Part shown: positions 12,501 to 24,700 of the stretch, piece after piece
How the letters are laid out: every line of letters starts with the position of its first letter
Position numbering within the stretch: the stretch's first letter is position 1
Source: Laetmonice hystrix
Lineage: Eukaryota
Assembly: GCA_965235115.1 (NCBI GenBank)
Contig: OZ249436.1
Span: 45,324,001-45,388,000 of the forward strand
Length of the DNA stretch: 64,000 nt
Reading direction: 5' to 3'
Translations under genes and position numbers: made by a program
The notes under the pieces: generated by a model
What the model saw: the letters and a program-made list of their open reading frames with translations, nothing else
What the model was told of the DNA's origin: nothing
Database searches by the model: none

Positions 12501-14177
12501 GTCTACCGTTTGTTTCAGGTCTGAGCGTGGCTGTGGTTGTGATCGGGTGTGTCTACCGTTTGTTCCAGGTCTGAGCGTGGCTGTGGTTCTGATCGGGTGT
12601 GTCTATCGTTTGTTCCAGGTCTGAGCGTGGCTGTGGTTCTGATCGGGTGTGTCTACCGTTTGTTACAGGTCTGAGCGTGGCTGTGGTTCTGATCGGGTGT
12701 GTCGTACGTATGATCGTATCCTTCCTCTCCGTTCTCGGGGCGGGTCTGTCGCTGAGGGAGAAGTTATTCATCCCCTTCGCCTGGCTCCCCAAGGCCACCG
12801 TCCAGGCGGCCATCGGCTCGGTGGCCCTCGACACGGCACGGGCCAAGGATGCCGACCCGGCCACAGTCGACTTGGCCCTTAAGGTTGGACAGCCTCAGCT
12901 AACCATATCTCTAGTTATATAAGTGACATTATGCCTTGATAATATTTAGATTATTAAAGCATAAAATTTGATAAAATAGTAATATAGGCCTACCTAAACT
13001 TCCACATGTGGCCTGATACACAGTTACACCCTTGGATGCAGAATTGAGGTTTTGTATTTCATAACTTGCCAGCAGGAGTGAATATATATGAGGCCTGCCA
13101 TGTATTTATTCTGCTATTTTTTATGATTGTGTGTACTTTTATTTTGTTACCGTTTTTAGCACATCTGTTCTGTTCTGTTCCAGTTTTTCTTTTTCATTAT
13201 TTTCATTGCAGCGGTTGTTGTGTGTCTTGTCTAAAACATATTTTAAGGTGTGTCTGGACCTTTTTCTTTCATTTCTTTTGTGCCGATTCATTTGATTTCC
13301 TTTCTTCCAGTTGATAGACAGCGAACGCTGGATCTGATACTGATTTTCAAAGATTTATATCTTTATGTGTCCAAAAGTCACTCTGATTCCTTTACCTTGA
13401 TGTTGAAGGGCAGCAGTATTATTGTCTTCTGTTTGTCAGCCTTCTCATGTCTTCCTCTTGTGTTTTTATTCATTGGCCGTGTCAGAAATATTTTCCCATG
13501 AATTATTTGAAGGTGGTGTCGATCTGATTAATTTATTCTGAGATAAATCGGGCAAGGTTACCATTCTGGAAATAAAAAAGCCTTGAAAACAAGGTCCCGT
13601 ATTTTCTCCTATGGGAAACTCATGGAATTTGGGAAAAATATGACCAAAAATCAGTTCAAGACAGTCAGTGGCCAGGAGGGACAGGGTTTCAATTTAATTG
13701 GGCTGCACATCTTCAGTTTCATGCGACCCGCGTTATGCAACCTTGAGTTTGATCTACTTACTCATGGCTTGGCTATGGTGACTTTTTAGTGTTTGTGCAG
13801 TGTGAATGGTGCACCTCTCCAAACAATTTGACCTGCTGTGTGTGAGAGGGCGTCCAAGCTGTACCGGCCGGTTCCGTGGTGGTCTGTTTCTCTGATTGTA
13901 GGTGGCAGCAGTAGCGGTCCTCATGATTCTACTCAAAGCTCCAGTAGGCGCGGCCGCCATGGAGTTACTCGGGCCCTCTCTCCTCCGTAAACAGCGCGGC
14001 CCCGGTGATGACCCGGAAGAAGATTCGGATGGTGACCCTGGCGACAAGTCGCTTGACCTGATGTGGGACGATCACTTGGACTTTGATACCGAGTTGACCA
14101 AACTAAAACTTAACCTCAGTAACGTCATCTGTAACCCTCACCATGAGCTTGTTATCGACAGGGAGACTTCGATCTGA
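6319..14177 (+). CDS. SLC9B2: SLC9B/NHA-type Na+/H+ antiporter (NHA2-like), spliced, 5' exons not identified; exons 6319-6501, 8915-9090, 9483-9589, 10066-10230, 11606-11714, 12669-12883, 13902-14177
   Basis: All introns GT-AG with consistent phases (2,1,0,0,1,0). The translation has family motifs LLRAGMGLDP, FVLSAVTPAVVVP, ASIDDVLAI (DD motif), FEPLLFGLIGAEV and AWLPKATVQAAIG. SLC9B1 vs SLC9B2 orthology is not resolvable. Confidence 0.9.
6741..7023. mobile_element. MITE, PIF/Harbinger-like
   Basis: About 38-bp TIR GGGGGCGACCATTRGATATTTAGGGGGGGG; TTA on both flanks. Confidence 0.85.
7783..8991 (+). repeat. 111/114-bp array containing the 3' splice site and 5' part of SLC9B exon 8915; 11 copies
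   Basis: cag|GTTCGTA at 7787, 7901, 8015, 8129, 8240, 8354, 8465, 8579, 8693, 8804, 8915. Confidence 0.97.
8915..9090 (+). CDS. SLC9B2: SLC9B exon (FVLSAVTPAVVVPGM...ASIDDVLAISGFTILLGVIFSE)
   Basis: tacag acceptor is the last unit of the 111/114-bp array; A|gtgagt donor. Confidence 0.9.
9483..9589 (+). CDS. SLC9B2: SLC9B exon (NLALTIFRGPLEAISGVIYGTLLGIMFWYIPDKHH)
   Basis: gttcag acceptor, gtgagt donor, phase 1 to 0. Confidence 0.88.
9711..9820 (+). mobile_element. Degenerate tRNA-derived SINE fragment
   Basis: A box tggcttagtgg, B box ggttcgaatcc, and a core ggtttcccccgggtattccggtatcctcc resembling the SINE at 30.4-30.6 kb. Confidence 0.55.
10066..10230 (+). CDS. SLC9B2: SLC9B exon (KNHHMLSVALLLAGGMFAAFGS...GAGVLGCLVLAFVTGLRWRKRACKEDQ)
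   Basis: ttttcag acceptor; CAG|gtgagt donor is the first unit of the 41-bp array. Confidence 0.88.
10206..11400 (+). repeat. 41-bp array containing the exon end and 5' splice site (GAGGACCAG|GTGAGT); 29 copies
   Basis: Donor positions from 10231 to 11383; three 42-bp units retain the exact exon end. Confidence 0.97.
11606..11714 (+). CDS. SLC9B2: SLC9B exon (NPVDSALGKLWFLFEPLLFGLIGAEVDIHRLKASTI)
   Basis: atttcag acceptor, G|gtaag donor. Confidence 0.9.
11745..12703 (+). repeat. 50-bp array containing the 3' splice site and start of SLC9B exon 12669; 19 copies
   Basis: tttgttccag|GTCTGAGCGTGGCTGTGG at 11776, 11819, then every 50 bp to 12669. Confidence 0.97.
12669..12883 (+). CDS. SLC9B2: SLC9B exon (GLSVAVVLIGCVVRM...AWLPKATVQAAIGSVALD...LALK)
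   Basis: ttacag acceptor is the last unit of the 50-bp array; AAG|gttgga donor. Confidence 0.9.
13902..14177 (+). CDS. SLC9B2: SLC9B terminal exon A (VAAVAVLMILLKAPVGAAAMELLGPSLL...ETSI*)
   Basis: ttgtag acceptor, phase 0; resembles the last TM helix of NHA proteins, then an acidic tail. Confidence 0.85.
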   Translation: MAAVAVLMILLKAPVGAAAMELLGPSLLRKQRGPGDDPEEDSDGDPGDKSLDLMWDDHLDFDTELTKLKLNLSNVICNPHHELVIDRETSI

Positions 14178-15307
14178 CAACTAAGGACACTGGGAGATTC
14201 CAGTGGTTGAAAGTTATATATGAACGCCCGACGTACACGTCACGTACATCTCTTCGCGTGTGACGTCACGTGTCGCGCCATGTGTGACGTCACGTGGATT
14301 TGGCTGGACACCTGCGCCCTCTGGCGGCGGTAGAGGGCAGCAGCAGAGGGCAGGTCTCCAGCCAACACGTGGAAAAGTATCTCAGAAACCTTCTTGAATA
14401 GCAGCAGTATCGCATTAAATTGCCGTCGTAGAGTGTTGTAAATTCAGGATAGTTTGTATAGTTCTGTGATCATGACTCTGTACGTAAACATAGGAACAAG
14501 GGGTAGTAGGTACCTCTGTTGAATAATCGAAAAAAACTATACGCAAGTGATACGGCGTGTATGACGTCATGCCAAGTTACATCAAAACGTATGCGACGTT
14601 CAAGGTCATCCTCAGGTACATCATGGACCTGGTTAGGACTGGCTCTCGTAACATCAGACAGTTTTGCGAGTTAGTGGACCTAGAAATGTACAACAGTACA
14701 ACAGTACAAGACTTTAAGATAAGATTTAAAGTTTAGACAATAATTGTAACATGACAAGAAAAGGATGCACAACTTCCTCAAAAAGGGATACCAATCTCAG
14801 GTTTGCCCCACGTTACTCAACCTTATTTTACTAATCCATATTATATTGTTGTTTTAGAATCAATTGTGAAAGGTAGGCCTAATATTTGTACTGACTTCAG
14901 CTGGGTAGAATTGTCAAGGCATGACGACCAAGGCCTGCCACTCCTGTTGAGGATACGTCACGTCGATGTCATAGGTCCATAGCAAGGACTTTATCAACAG
15001 ATACATCAGTTTCTTTTGACCGATTTGCGATGGAGAAAAACCTGTATCATATTCTGGTCGTGAATATAATGAAGTTGTAAAGTTTAGTCAACTTTGGATA
15101 GTATTGATCTCTACTATACATAGGCATAAGACTCTGGTCAACTGCCCCATCGTCCTCCACACTAGGAACGGCCTGGGTGCTCTTTCTTTTCTTTTATAGA
15201 TTTTATCCGAAATATTCGCAGCAGTGAAAGCCAGACGAGATTAGAATTCTGAAAACCTTGTGCCTGTGGTTTAGTTCACTAAATTACCGCTAGGCGTTTG
15301 GTTCCAG

Positions 15308-15541
15308 ATCGTCGCCCTGGCTGTTTTAGTCATCTTCCTCACGGTTCCGCTAGGTGGCGTGACGTTCTCCGTGCTGGGGCGGCGTCTCCTGTTCAGGGAG
15401 CGACTTGACGACTCGGAGGTCGGGGAGAGGTCGGCTGACCTTACGTGGGACGATCACCTTGACTTCGACACGGAAGTCACCAAGACCAAGATGGACGCTC
15501 TTCGGGTTGACGTCACGACTGACAAAGTGACGGTCACGTGA
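15308..15541 (+). CDS. SLC9B2: SLC9B alternative terminal exon B (IVALAVLVIFLTVPLGGVTFSVLGRRLL...WDDHLDFDTE...VTVT*)
   Basis: gttccag acceptor at 15307, phase 0 and open to TGA; paralogous to exon A, sharing the TM helix and DLxWDDHLDFDTExTK. Confidence 0.7.
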   Translation: MVALAVLVIFLTVPLGGVTFSVLGRRLLFRERLDDSEVGERSADLTWDDHLDFDTEVTKTKMDALRVDVTTDKVTVT

Positions 15542-17152
15542 CGGGTGACGCCGAAATAACGTAGCGTTCAATATCCTCGCACATCACGTGACATTTTATA
15601 CGTGCTCAGTGATACCGGAGATATACATGTAGGCTACATAAACCTAATATAATATAACTCATGGATTAAGATAAATTATGTTATCATCTTGGCTAACATG
15701 TTTTGAAGATTCATAAGCTAGATATATCAACTGCACCCTATATCGTCATGGCCGGCGATGGGGTTTCGTGCTGGAGACAACGTGACGCATCTTTATATTG
15801 TTCCTCAGGTTCCACACTTCAACGTCATTCCATTGATGGCAAAGAAAACTCCTTGAAATTCTGAATAATTCGTCTGACATTTATGTCCATACGGGAGCCA
15901 TTGTTTCCGACGTTTCATTGCCTAGTTCTTCCAACATACATAGCATTAAATGTGGTCAGATTAACATTATACAAAGAGTTTGTATATAAGTGGACAAGAA
16001 CGTTTCCTTTTCATCTATTGAGATTGTATGGGTAATCGTAAATGTAAGTATTTGGGGGCTGTAACTAAATAAGCCGTGTTGTTGGTTAAAATCAAACTGA
16101 GTTAAACCAAGATTATCACAGACACTGAGTGCCGTTACCATATGTACGATCGAAATGTCCTCTTTCAAGACCTTGATTTTGAAGTTATTGCCACGGATGA
16201 CTAATTTATTCTCATATTTAAAGTAACATACATGTGTTTTGATACACGCTGTATAGTGAAGTACCTTGCAATAAGCCAGACAGTTTGTGAGGATGTAAAT
16301 TCCCGCCTAATGTTTTTCCCGCAATGTGGGCCTGTGGAAGAATAACTATCCAATTCTCCTCGTGTATATTGTGTAGTTTGTCGGTATCATGTTCCAATCG
16401 ACGTAAACGAGATGATCGAGTTTATATGGCGGTATATCTACATAACCTGGGCGGATGAAGGATATTGGAATTGGGAAGAGGTAATCTGGCCAAACGGGAG
16501 ATGGTCCAGCTGAGAAAGATCTAACGGAAAAAAGGCAAGGATGACACTAAAAAAAAAAGGGGGGGGGGGGGGGGGCTCCTGACCCCTGGATAATAATAAT
16601 TTCCACGTCGAGTGTAATTACTAGGTCATCTATAGTTTGCCAAAACATGACGTGGAAGGGGGGTACTCTATGCCGTCAGTGAACCCTATTGACCACTTTG
16701 ACGTTGTTAGGTTGTGTTGTTTGTATAAAAGAAAAGACATTGCTATACGTGTTGTAGCTTCTATTGTATATAGAAAAAGTCAATAAAATTAAAGCTTCAC
16801 GGTCGTGTTATGGTATTAGATGATATTGCATGTAGGGGAAAGGCTTGAGTGGTTCATGCCCTAGTAATAGGCTCGAGGTGTTGCCGAGGGTCTATTTGAG
16901 TATTTTTATGTCACAGTAGTTGGCTCGAGGTACAGCCGAGGGTATATTTGGGGCATGAAACACGAGGGCGTGCCTGCCAAATGCACTATCTATTGACGGC
17001 GGACACTGCTGGGGCGTTAAACCCAACAAATTATAACATTTTAAAAGCATACTATAATTTCAGCAGTGCCACCATGAGATGACGAGCAATTAGTAGGATA
17101 TAAAACCATCTGTGCCATGTACATGTGATTCAGCAATCTGACACTAAACCAC

Positions 17153-17516
17153 TTCCCTCCCGGCCCAGGCCTCATTGCTTCCCGGCCCAGGCCTCATTGC
17201 TTCCCGGCCCAGGCCTCATTGCTTCCCGGCCCAGGCCTCATTGCTTCCCGGTCCACGCCTCATTCCCTCCCGGCCCACGCCTCATTCCCTCCCGGCCCAC
17301 GCCTCATTGCTTCCCGGCCCACGCCTCATTGCTTCCCGGCCAACGCCTCATTGCTTCCCGGCCTACGCTTCATTGCTTCCCGGCCCGCGCCCAACTCGTT
17401 CCCGGCCCACGCCTCATTCCCTCCCGGCCCACGCCTCATTCCTTCCCGGCCCACGCCTCATTCCTTCCCGGCCCACGCCTCATTCCTTCCCGGCCCACGC
17501 CTCATTCCACGCCTCT
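17153..17516. repeat. 22-bp VNTR (cccggcccacgcctcattgctt), about 16 copies, upstream of transporter copy 1
   Basis: The paralogous array at 35066-35197 has about 6 copies. Confidence 0.93.
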
Positions 17517-17896
17517 AACGCAGTAAATTTCAATCCAAGTAACAGGTGGTGTGGAGGCGATGTAAAAACGTAACACATAAACTGGGGTGTGGTTAGGAAA
17601 GCAAATAAAAGAGAATTTTCTCTTCTATCTTCCAATCCGTGACCAAGCCAATTACACTGTCACTGTGGGGGAGGGCTCCATATAATGCCGGTCTTCTGTA
17701 GTTAGGATATGTGATGGCTCACAAGTTTTATAATGGACAACAGAGGGATATTTTCGAACAATCTCCCAGGAGTACCAGGAGACAGGAGCATCATTTAATG
17801 GGATTTATTTATTATGTCTTTGCAATGTTCATACATCTATATCTAGATCTGATTCTGAAACGGGCAAGTACATGCCGAAATCCGTTCATTAATAGC

Positions 17897-19299
17897 ATGT
17901 GTGCCTGTAGCGAACATTCACCGTTAAATCAACGGAAAAGCATAGCAGAGGGAATATGGAAGCAACTATTGCCATCATTGATAGTTTGTGCAAGTGGAGT
18001 GCCGTATGGCCAAGTTGAAGCGTTCACAGCAGTCAGTGGGCTGGTCATGGTAGACGAAGGAATGGTCACGCTTGACCAGCTCTACGTCTTCGCCTCCAGC
18101 TCTAGGATCGGTGTGTCCCTGGGATGTGCCATCGGAGTACCACTCCTGGATGGTTTTGGACGTAAACTCACTAACATCATCTTATCCTTCAGCTGCGCCT
18201 TTGGCTGGGCACTGATAGCAGCCTCCACCAACATCACCGTGCTCTGTGTGGGCAGGATACTGGCTGGAGTTGGAGGTGGACTCTATAACACTTCTGGCTA
18301 TATGTATATCTGTGAAACAACTACAGGACGATGGAGAGGTATCCTGGCCATAGTTGCTGATGTTATGATATCTGGGTGTACTCTAGTCAACCTGACAGTT
18401 GGTACCTTCATTCCATGGCGATACCTAGCCCTCATTGGAGCCGTAATTTCTACCGCCTCCCTTCTTGGCACACTCAGATTGCCAGAATCACCGAGGTGGC
18501 TTCTGTTAAAGGATCGAAAGGAGGAAGCTCTTGCAGCGCTCATAGAGCTACGAGGGCGTCATGTGGATATCGACGAGGAGTTCAACGAAATGAAATCATC
18601 CGCCGATTCTGCTCTCTCCTCTACCTCAAAATTCTGGCGTCACAATTTCAGAGAACCAGGTTTATATAAACCAGCCATAATTTCCCTCGCTGTTTCTATT
18701 GTGTACCATGCAACCGGGCTATCCGTCATTATGGCCTATTATGACGTCATCATCAATCGTCTGGGCTGGAATGGTGACGTTTGGATGCCGACGATTACGT
18801 TTGGCGTTGCTCAGTTTGCAGCGGGGCTCCTGGCCATTTTCGTAATCGACAAGATAGGTAGATCGTTTCGTTGTTTATACTGACGATGAGCTATGCCACC
18901 TTGGGATTTCTTTGCTACTTCAAAAATTCTCTTCGTCCGACAGCCATGAGGTGGGCGTCCCTCGTTTGTCTGGTCGCATGCGGCGTTTCCTTCCGGATGG
19001 GCGTTGGTCCTGCGACACCTTTGGTCAGAACTGAAATAGTACCAAACAAAAGTCGAGCATTCATAGTCAGCGTGTCACTGGTTGCTTCAAATGTGTTTGC
19101 ATTCGTCCTGACCCAGAGCTACCCTTACCTGAGTATCATAATGCCAGATTCTGTTGCATTTTGGATTATTGCTGCAATGAATCTAATCTCAATGATCGTT
19201 ATGTTCGTATTGGTACCAGAAACGAAAGACAAGTCAATAGAACAGATAGAGACCATGTTCTCCGGAGTGAGCTATGAGAAGTTAGTTAATCACTACTGA
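17897..19299 (+). pseudogene. Tret1/GLUT8-like sugar porter copy 1, frameshifted
   Basis: Near-identical to 35390-36805 but lacks 13 nt after 18862 (ggtaga^tcgtttcg vs ggtagacgtcccatcatcatcgtttcg). Length 1403 vs 1416, splitting the ORF in two. Confidence 0.85.
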
Positions 19300-19331
19300 A
19301 TGCTTGTCTACTATGTAAGGCATAAGACCTG

Positions 19332-19453
19332 GACGCGGTTCACAAACAAAGTCAAGTCAATCTTAATTGACTTGAAGTCAATTTTACTTGAATCCGATTG
19401 GTTAAAATGGATTTCAAGTTTATTAAAATTGACTTGACTTTGTGAACCGGGTC
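19332..19453. mobile_element. 122-bp MITE, Harbinger-like
   Basis: TIR GACSCGGTTCACAAA...GTCAAGTCAAT with CTG on both flanks; absent from the paralogous sequence at about 15130. Confidence 0.8.
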
Positions 19454-21779
19454 CTGGCCATGGTCAACTGCCCCATCGTCCTCCACACTAGGAACGGCCT
19501 GGGTGCTCTTTCTTTTCTTTTGTAGATTTTAAAAGTGAAAGCAAGACGAGACTAGACACGTTGTGGTGATACCACAATCGATCCCATTCCCTGGTGTTCC
19601 GTCTGACATGTTCTGTCTACAGTTAACTATGTTGGAACTGCCGACATCTTGGCTGACGATACCTGTACCTATCTTATATAGCATACCATCTCTTACCTTG
19701 AAGGCCTACCATCATCAGGTCACTACTCAACCTTAGATCGACCACCGCCATACTCAAACGACCAATTACCCATATTTGCCAAAGTCCCTGGTATTTTAAA
19801 CGATATAAATTTCAGACAATGTATTTTCCCAATTATTGCTCGATTTGCTGAGGTGTCCACCTAGGTGGGCATCTCCTCCCCAAATTTAACCAATTTCACC
19901 AAGGATAGACAGAGATATAATAAGGAACTTACTAGTAGAATCATGTAACAATACAAATTGAGAGAGGAAAGTAGGGGATGGACGAAGGAAGAAAGGGTCG
20001 GATTGTTGCTCTCCATATTGCCTGCCAGACTCTACGGCCATGATGGAACTGCCGACATCTAGGCGGACGATATATGGGCAATTAAATCTGAACCATGGCC
20101 CAATGGCTGGGCAATTAAGTCTGAGCCTTGGTCCAATGGCCGGGCAATTAAATCTGAGCCTTGGTCCAATGGCCGGGCAATTAAATTGTGTCTTGGCATG
20201 GCCCAATGGCCAGACAACTACAACTGAGCTTTGGTACAGTGGCCGGCCAATTACAGCTGAGTCTTGTTACAGTGGTTGTGCAATTATAGTATAAGAGGCC
20301 GCATTACACCACTTGGCAATATCTTCAGCCACGGTACAGTGGACGGGCATTGAGACCGTATGCCGACCGGCGTAAAATCTCGACTACTCACTATACATAT
20401 TAGGTTTGTATAGGTATCCAAGATCTACATTTACAACAAGCTATATGACAGATAAACTATCATTTACACGATACCTTATTAATGTACATCATCCTCGCTG
20501 GAGCCATATTGTGTGAGAGTCCTGAAACCCTTTTTGAGAAGGTAGGCCCAACTAAATCTATAGAAGTTTTACCATGAGAGTGAGGAGATGATCCAGGTGA
20601 ACCCCTGTAAACAGAAAAAAGTGCAGCTTTGCAGACTCGCACACAGAAAGAAGGCCTTTACAAACAACCACGCTCAGTGTGGGGGCAATATCAGACTGAA
20701 AGGTTGAGAACTGTATTATTGGGTTGTTTCACGAATGTACTTAAAGGGTCTCATAAGTGTACTAATATGCACAACTTACCTTATTGATACCATTAGAGGG
20801 TGATGGCCGTTTATGTCAAGCCTTGGGCCGAGCAGGGACCCCGTTCTTAGGTCAAAACACCAGCAAATATACCGCAGCAGAAGGTACCGCCTGAACCGTT
20901 CGAATCAGGAAAGGCTGAAACAAAAACAAATTATGGACTTCAGCTCAATTGAACTCAGAATTAACTAAATAAAGCGAAATTGCTACAACTCACAATCAGA
21001 TTGGCCTACGTGCGACTTATTCCCGTCCAAATCAAGATTTGACAACTATAGGCCGTTACATACATCCAATGCCTACCTATGAACACTTTTTGTCGAGCAC
21101 TTTGTCGAACTCGTCTGACAGGCACTTGGTTCTGAGATCACTTCAAACATCCGCGGAGCCATCTATATGAAGAAAACATTGAACAAAAGAACGGGATGTT
21201 TTGCAGATTAAGCGTGGAAATAGAGGGTGAATTTATATACCATTCGGTGGGCTTGTAATTTATGACGTAGGAGATATTTTCTTTGGTTGGTGACTATTTC
21301 AATGACGACTACGACCATCGCTACACACAGATTCGATCTGCAACCTCACGTTGTAGTCTTTTTACATTTGGCGATGTGTCATTGATTTCATCCCCACCGC
21401 TTTTGGAATAATCAACCGGCTTATAAAAACTATACATGTGTCCATATAAAGGTCTTTCACACCCGTGAGCTTGTACGTACCTTTTCTGAAACAAATATAC
21501 ACAATGCTCGACGTAATTGTGAGAAAGACCGATATTGATGGCCACGAGTTCTACGGTTACACCAAGCCATTAACAGTGTTTCACAGGCTAGTGATCCGAA
21601 AAGGCCTGTTTCGTAAACATGACTCGGTAATTTGCAAACATTGCATTCTAAAATTCACTTAAATCCCGAAGTGTCAAAATCCGAGCTTATCCTAGGTTCA
21701 AATTTTGAAGGGGGGGGGGGAGGGGGGAGTTGGTTGACAGTCTTAGTGCTCAAACTAGCTGTCCAAATTAGATCTAGGC

Positions 21780-24700
21780 AATGTTATCAGGAAACACACT
21801 TGATTCCATAGTAAACCACCTGCACTTGGGAAAAAGTCACAGTACGCCACATAACTGGCTAAATGTGGGCAAAAAGCAAATAATCCATCCAGTCAGTTGA
21901 CTATCAGACTACTATACCTGTGCATGGGACAAAGATACGCCATTTTGATACCTTTTAATCACCTGTATAGGGGCAAAGATAAGATATACTGTAACAGCCT
22001 TGGCTGTATCAGTGAATCACCTGTGTATGCATGGGGGAGAAAAACATCAGACATTTTAAAGGCCTTGACAGTATCAGTGAAAACATTGGTTGTAAAAGTG
22101 ATTCACCTGTCCATGGGTCAAAGATCAAGAATACACGTAGATCATCTCAGTATCAATGAATATAGCCGTTCGTCAGCATAAGCACTGCAAACCCGTGATT
22201 CGTTCATGAACAGTTGGGTACACACCACCAAAAACCTGCTTCCATGCTAAAGCCAGTTAGCAATATAACCTCCGTATGTGCCATTTTGAAATTGGAACTA
22301 TCTCTAAAGGGGTAAAGATCGTACGTTTCACTTGGTTGAATAGGTGAGCCACTTGTGTATGACACAAGTAGATATACGTCACAACATTGTGTAATCAGGA
22401 TGATTCTATATGTATGATTGTATATGATGTCAAAAGTCATATTTAGACAGCCTTGGCTGTTTTAGCAAACCACCTGTGTGTTTGGTAAGTTTGAAACATT
22501 ACACAGCCTGGTCTGTGTTATCAAACCACCTGTGTATGGGTAAATATATATTAGCCAGCCTTGGATGTATTATTGAAACCACCTGTCACGTGGGTAAAGC
22601 CATACTGTCAAACTTGTGAATGGGGTAGGACACCACCTGTGAATGGGGTAAATTGTAGATAGATTTGACAGCCTTGGATGTATTTAACCACGTGTGTATA
22701 CGTAAAGCTCGGTCGATAGTTTTGTTCATAATACAAGACCACACATTTTGACAGTCTTAAGTAAACCACATCGGTAAAATCAGATTATATTGGGCAACCT
22801 TGGTTGCACTTTGTGAATCACCTGTGTCTAGGGCAAAGATCAATTATCACCAATACATGCATGTGCACGTCCAGTTACGCCTGTCTGACGCAACTGGGAG
22901 ATATTAGGGATCTTTGATTATCCCAAAACTGTATCATATATGCAACATTTGTAAAACAATCAAAAGTTCCGCACGTTTCACGAAATGAAATAGTCGGAAA
23001 ATGTACGCGATGGAGAAAAATACCCGTACGCGAAATGGCACATAAAATTAACGGTGTTCAGTATTATACCCGTTACTTGCCTAAAAGTAAGAAATGCACC
23101 ATTTGAACTACTTGTGCATGGGGCAAAGATCAGACACTTGAGACTGAATCACCTGTATCGGGGCAAAGATTGAACATTTGACAGCTGTATCAGAGAATCC
23201 CATGTGCATGAATTAAGCCATAAGTAAACATTGTGGCAGCCTGGGCTGTCTCAGCCAAGATTTCTTAAAAACAGCCTTGGCTGTTTTAGTAAACCACCTG
23301 TGTGTGGGTAAAAAATTAATATGACACAGTCTTGGCTGTGTTCTCAAACAACCTATGTATGGGTAAAGATGTGGGCAAAGAGCAACTAATTCAGTCAGTT
23401 GAATGTTAGAAACTATACATGTACACCTGTGTGTGGGGCAAAGGTCACGCATTTTTTTAACTTTGAATCACCTGTATCGGGGCAAAGATAAGATATACGC
23501 AGCCTGGTAGTGTTTACAACCCACCAGTGTGTGGGTAAAAATGTAATATTACACAGCCTTGGCCGTGTTTTCAAATCACCTGTGTATGGGTAAAAATTAA
23601 ATATTACACAGCCTTGGCCGTGTTTTCAAACCACCTGTGTGGGGGTAAAAATTCAATATTACACAGCCTTGGCCATGTTTTCAAACCACCTGTGTCTGGG
23701 TAAATATTTAATATTACATAGCCTTGGCTGTGTTTTTAAAACACCTGTGTCTGGGGTAAAGATTAGAACCCTCTTGTGTATAGGATATATACATTGTTGT
23801 CACACTAACTGAATGGCTTAATCCCAACACCTATGTGCAAAACATTCAAAATTTCCGCACGTTTCACGAACTTTTAGTGGGAAAACGTACGCGATGGGAG
23901 AAAATACCCCTACGCTAAATGGCCACAGATCTGGAATACATGGAACATACAATTGACGGTGTTCAGTATTATAACCGTTAATTGCCTAAAGGTAAGCAAT
24001 GCACCCTTTGAACTGCTTGTGCATGGGGCAAAGATCAGACACTTGATACTGTGAATCACCTATATCAGGGCAAAGATTGGACATTTGATAGCTGTATTAG
24101 AGATCCCCATGTGCATGAGGCTAAAAGTAAACGTTGTGGCAACCTGGGCTGTCTCAGACAAGATTTACTAAAAACAGTTGGCCATATTTTCAAATCGGCT
24201 GTGTATGGGTAAAAAATAGAATACATGTATTACACAGTCTTGGCCGTGTTTTTAAATCACCTATGTATGGGTAAAAATTCCAAATTACACAGCCTTGGCC
24301 GTTTTCAAACCACCTGTGTATGGTTAAAAAAATATTACACAGCCTTGGCCGTGTTTTCAAACCACCTGTGTATGGTTACAAAAAATATTATACAGCCTTG
24401 GCCGTGTTTTCAACCACCTGTGTATTGAAAAAATATATCTTACACAGCCTTGGCCGTCTTTTCAAGCCACCTGTGTATGTGGTAAAGCTCAGAAACCTCC
24501 TGTGTATAGGATGAATATACATTGTCCAACTAACTGAATGGGGTAGTCCCACCACTCGTGTAGTTCGTAAAGTTTAGATATACAAGGCAGCATTTGCTGT
24601 ATTGTGAAACCTGTGTATATGGTCAAGATTAAACTTATGTATGAAAGAGCCTTGCATGTCTGATGACATTCCTATGTATGGGGTAAAGGTACTATATCAG

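Noticed and set aside
17711..17896. 62-aa N-terminal extension of transporter copy 1 in the ORF track
   Set aside because: Non-ATG start; the equivalent region of copy 2 has an in-frame stop and lacks part of this sequence
21290..21662. Short protein-like ORF remnants
   Set aside because: Multiple stops and no recognisable family
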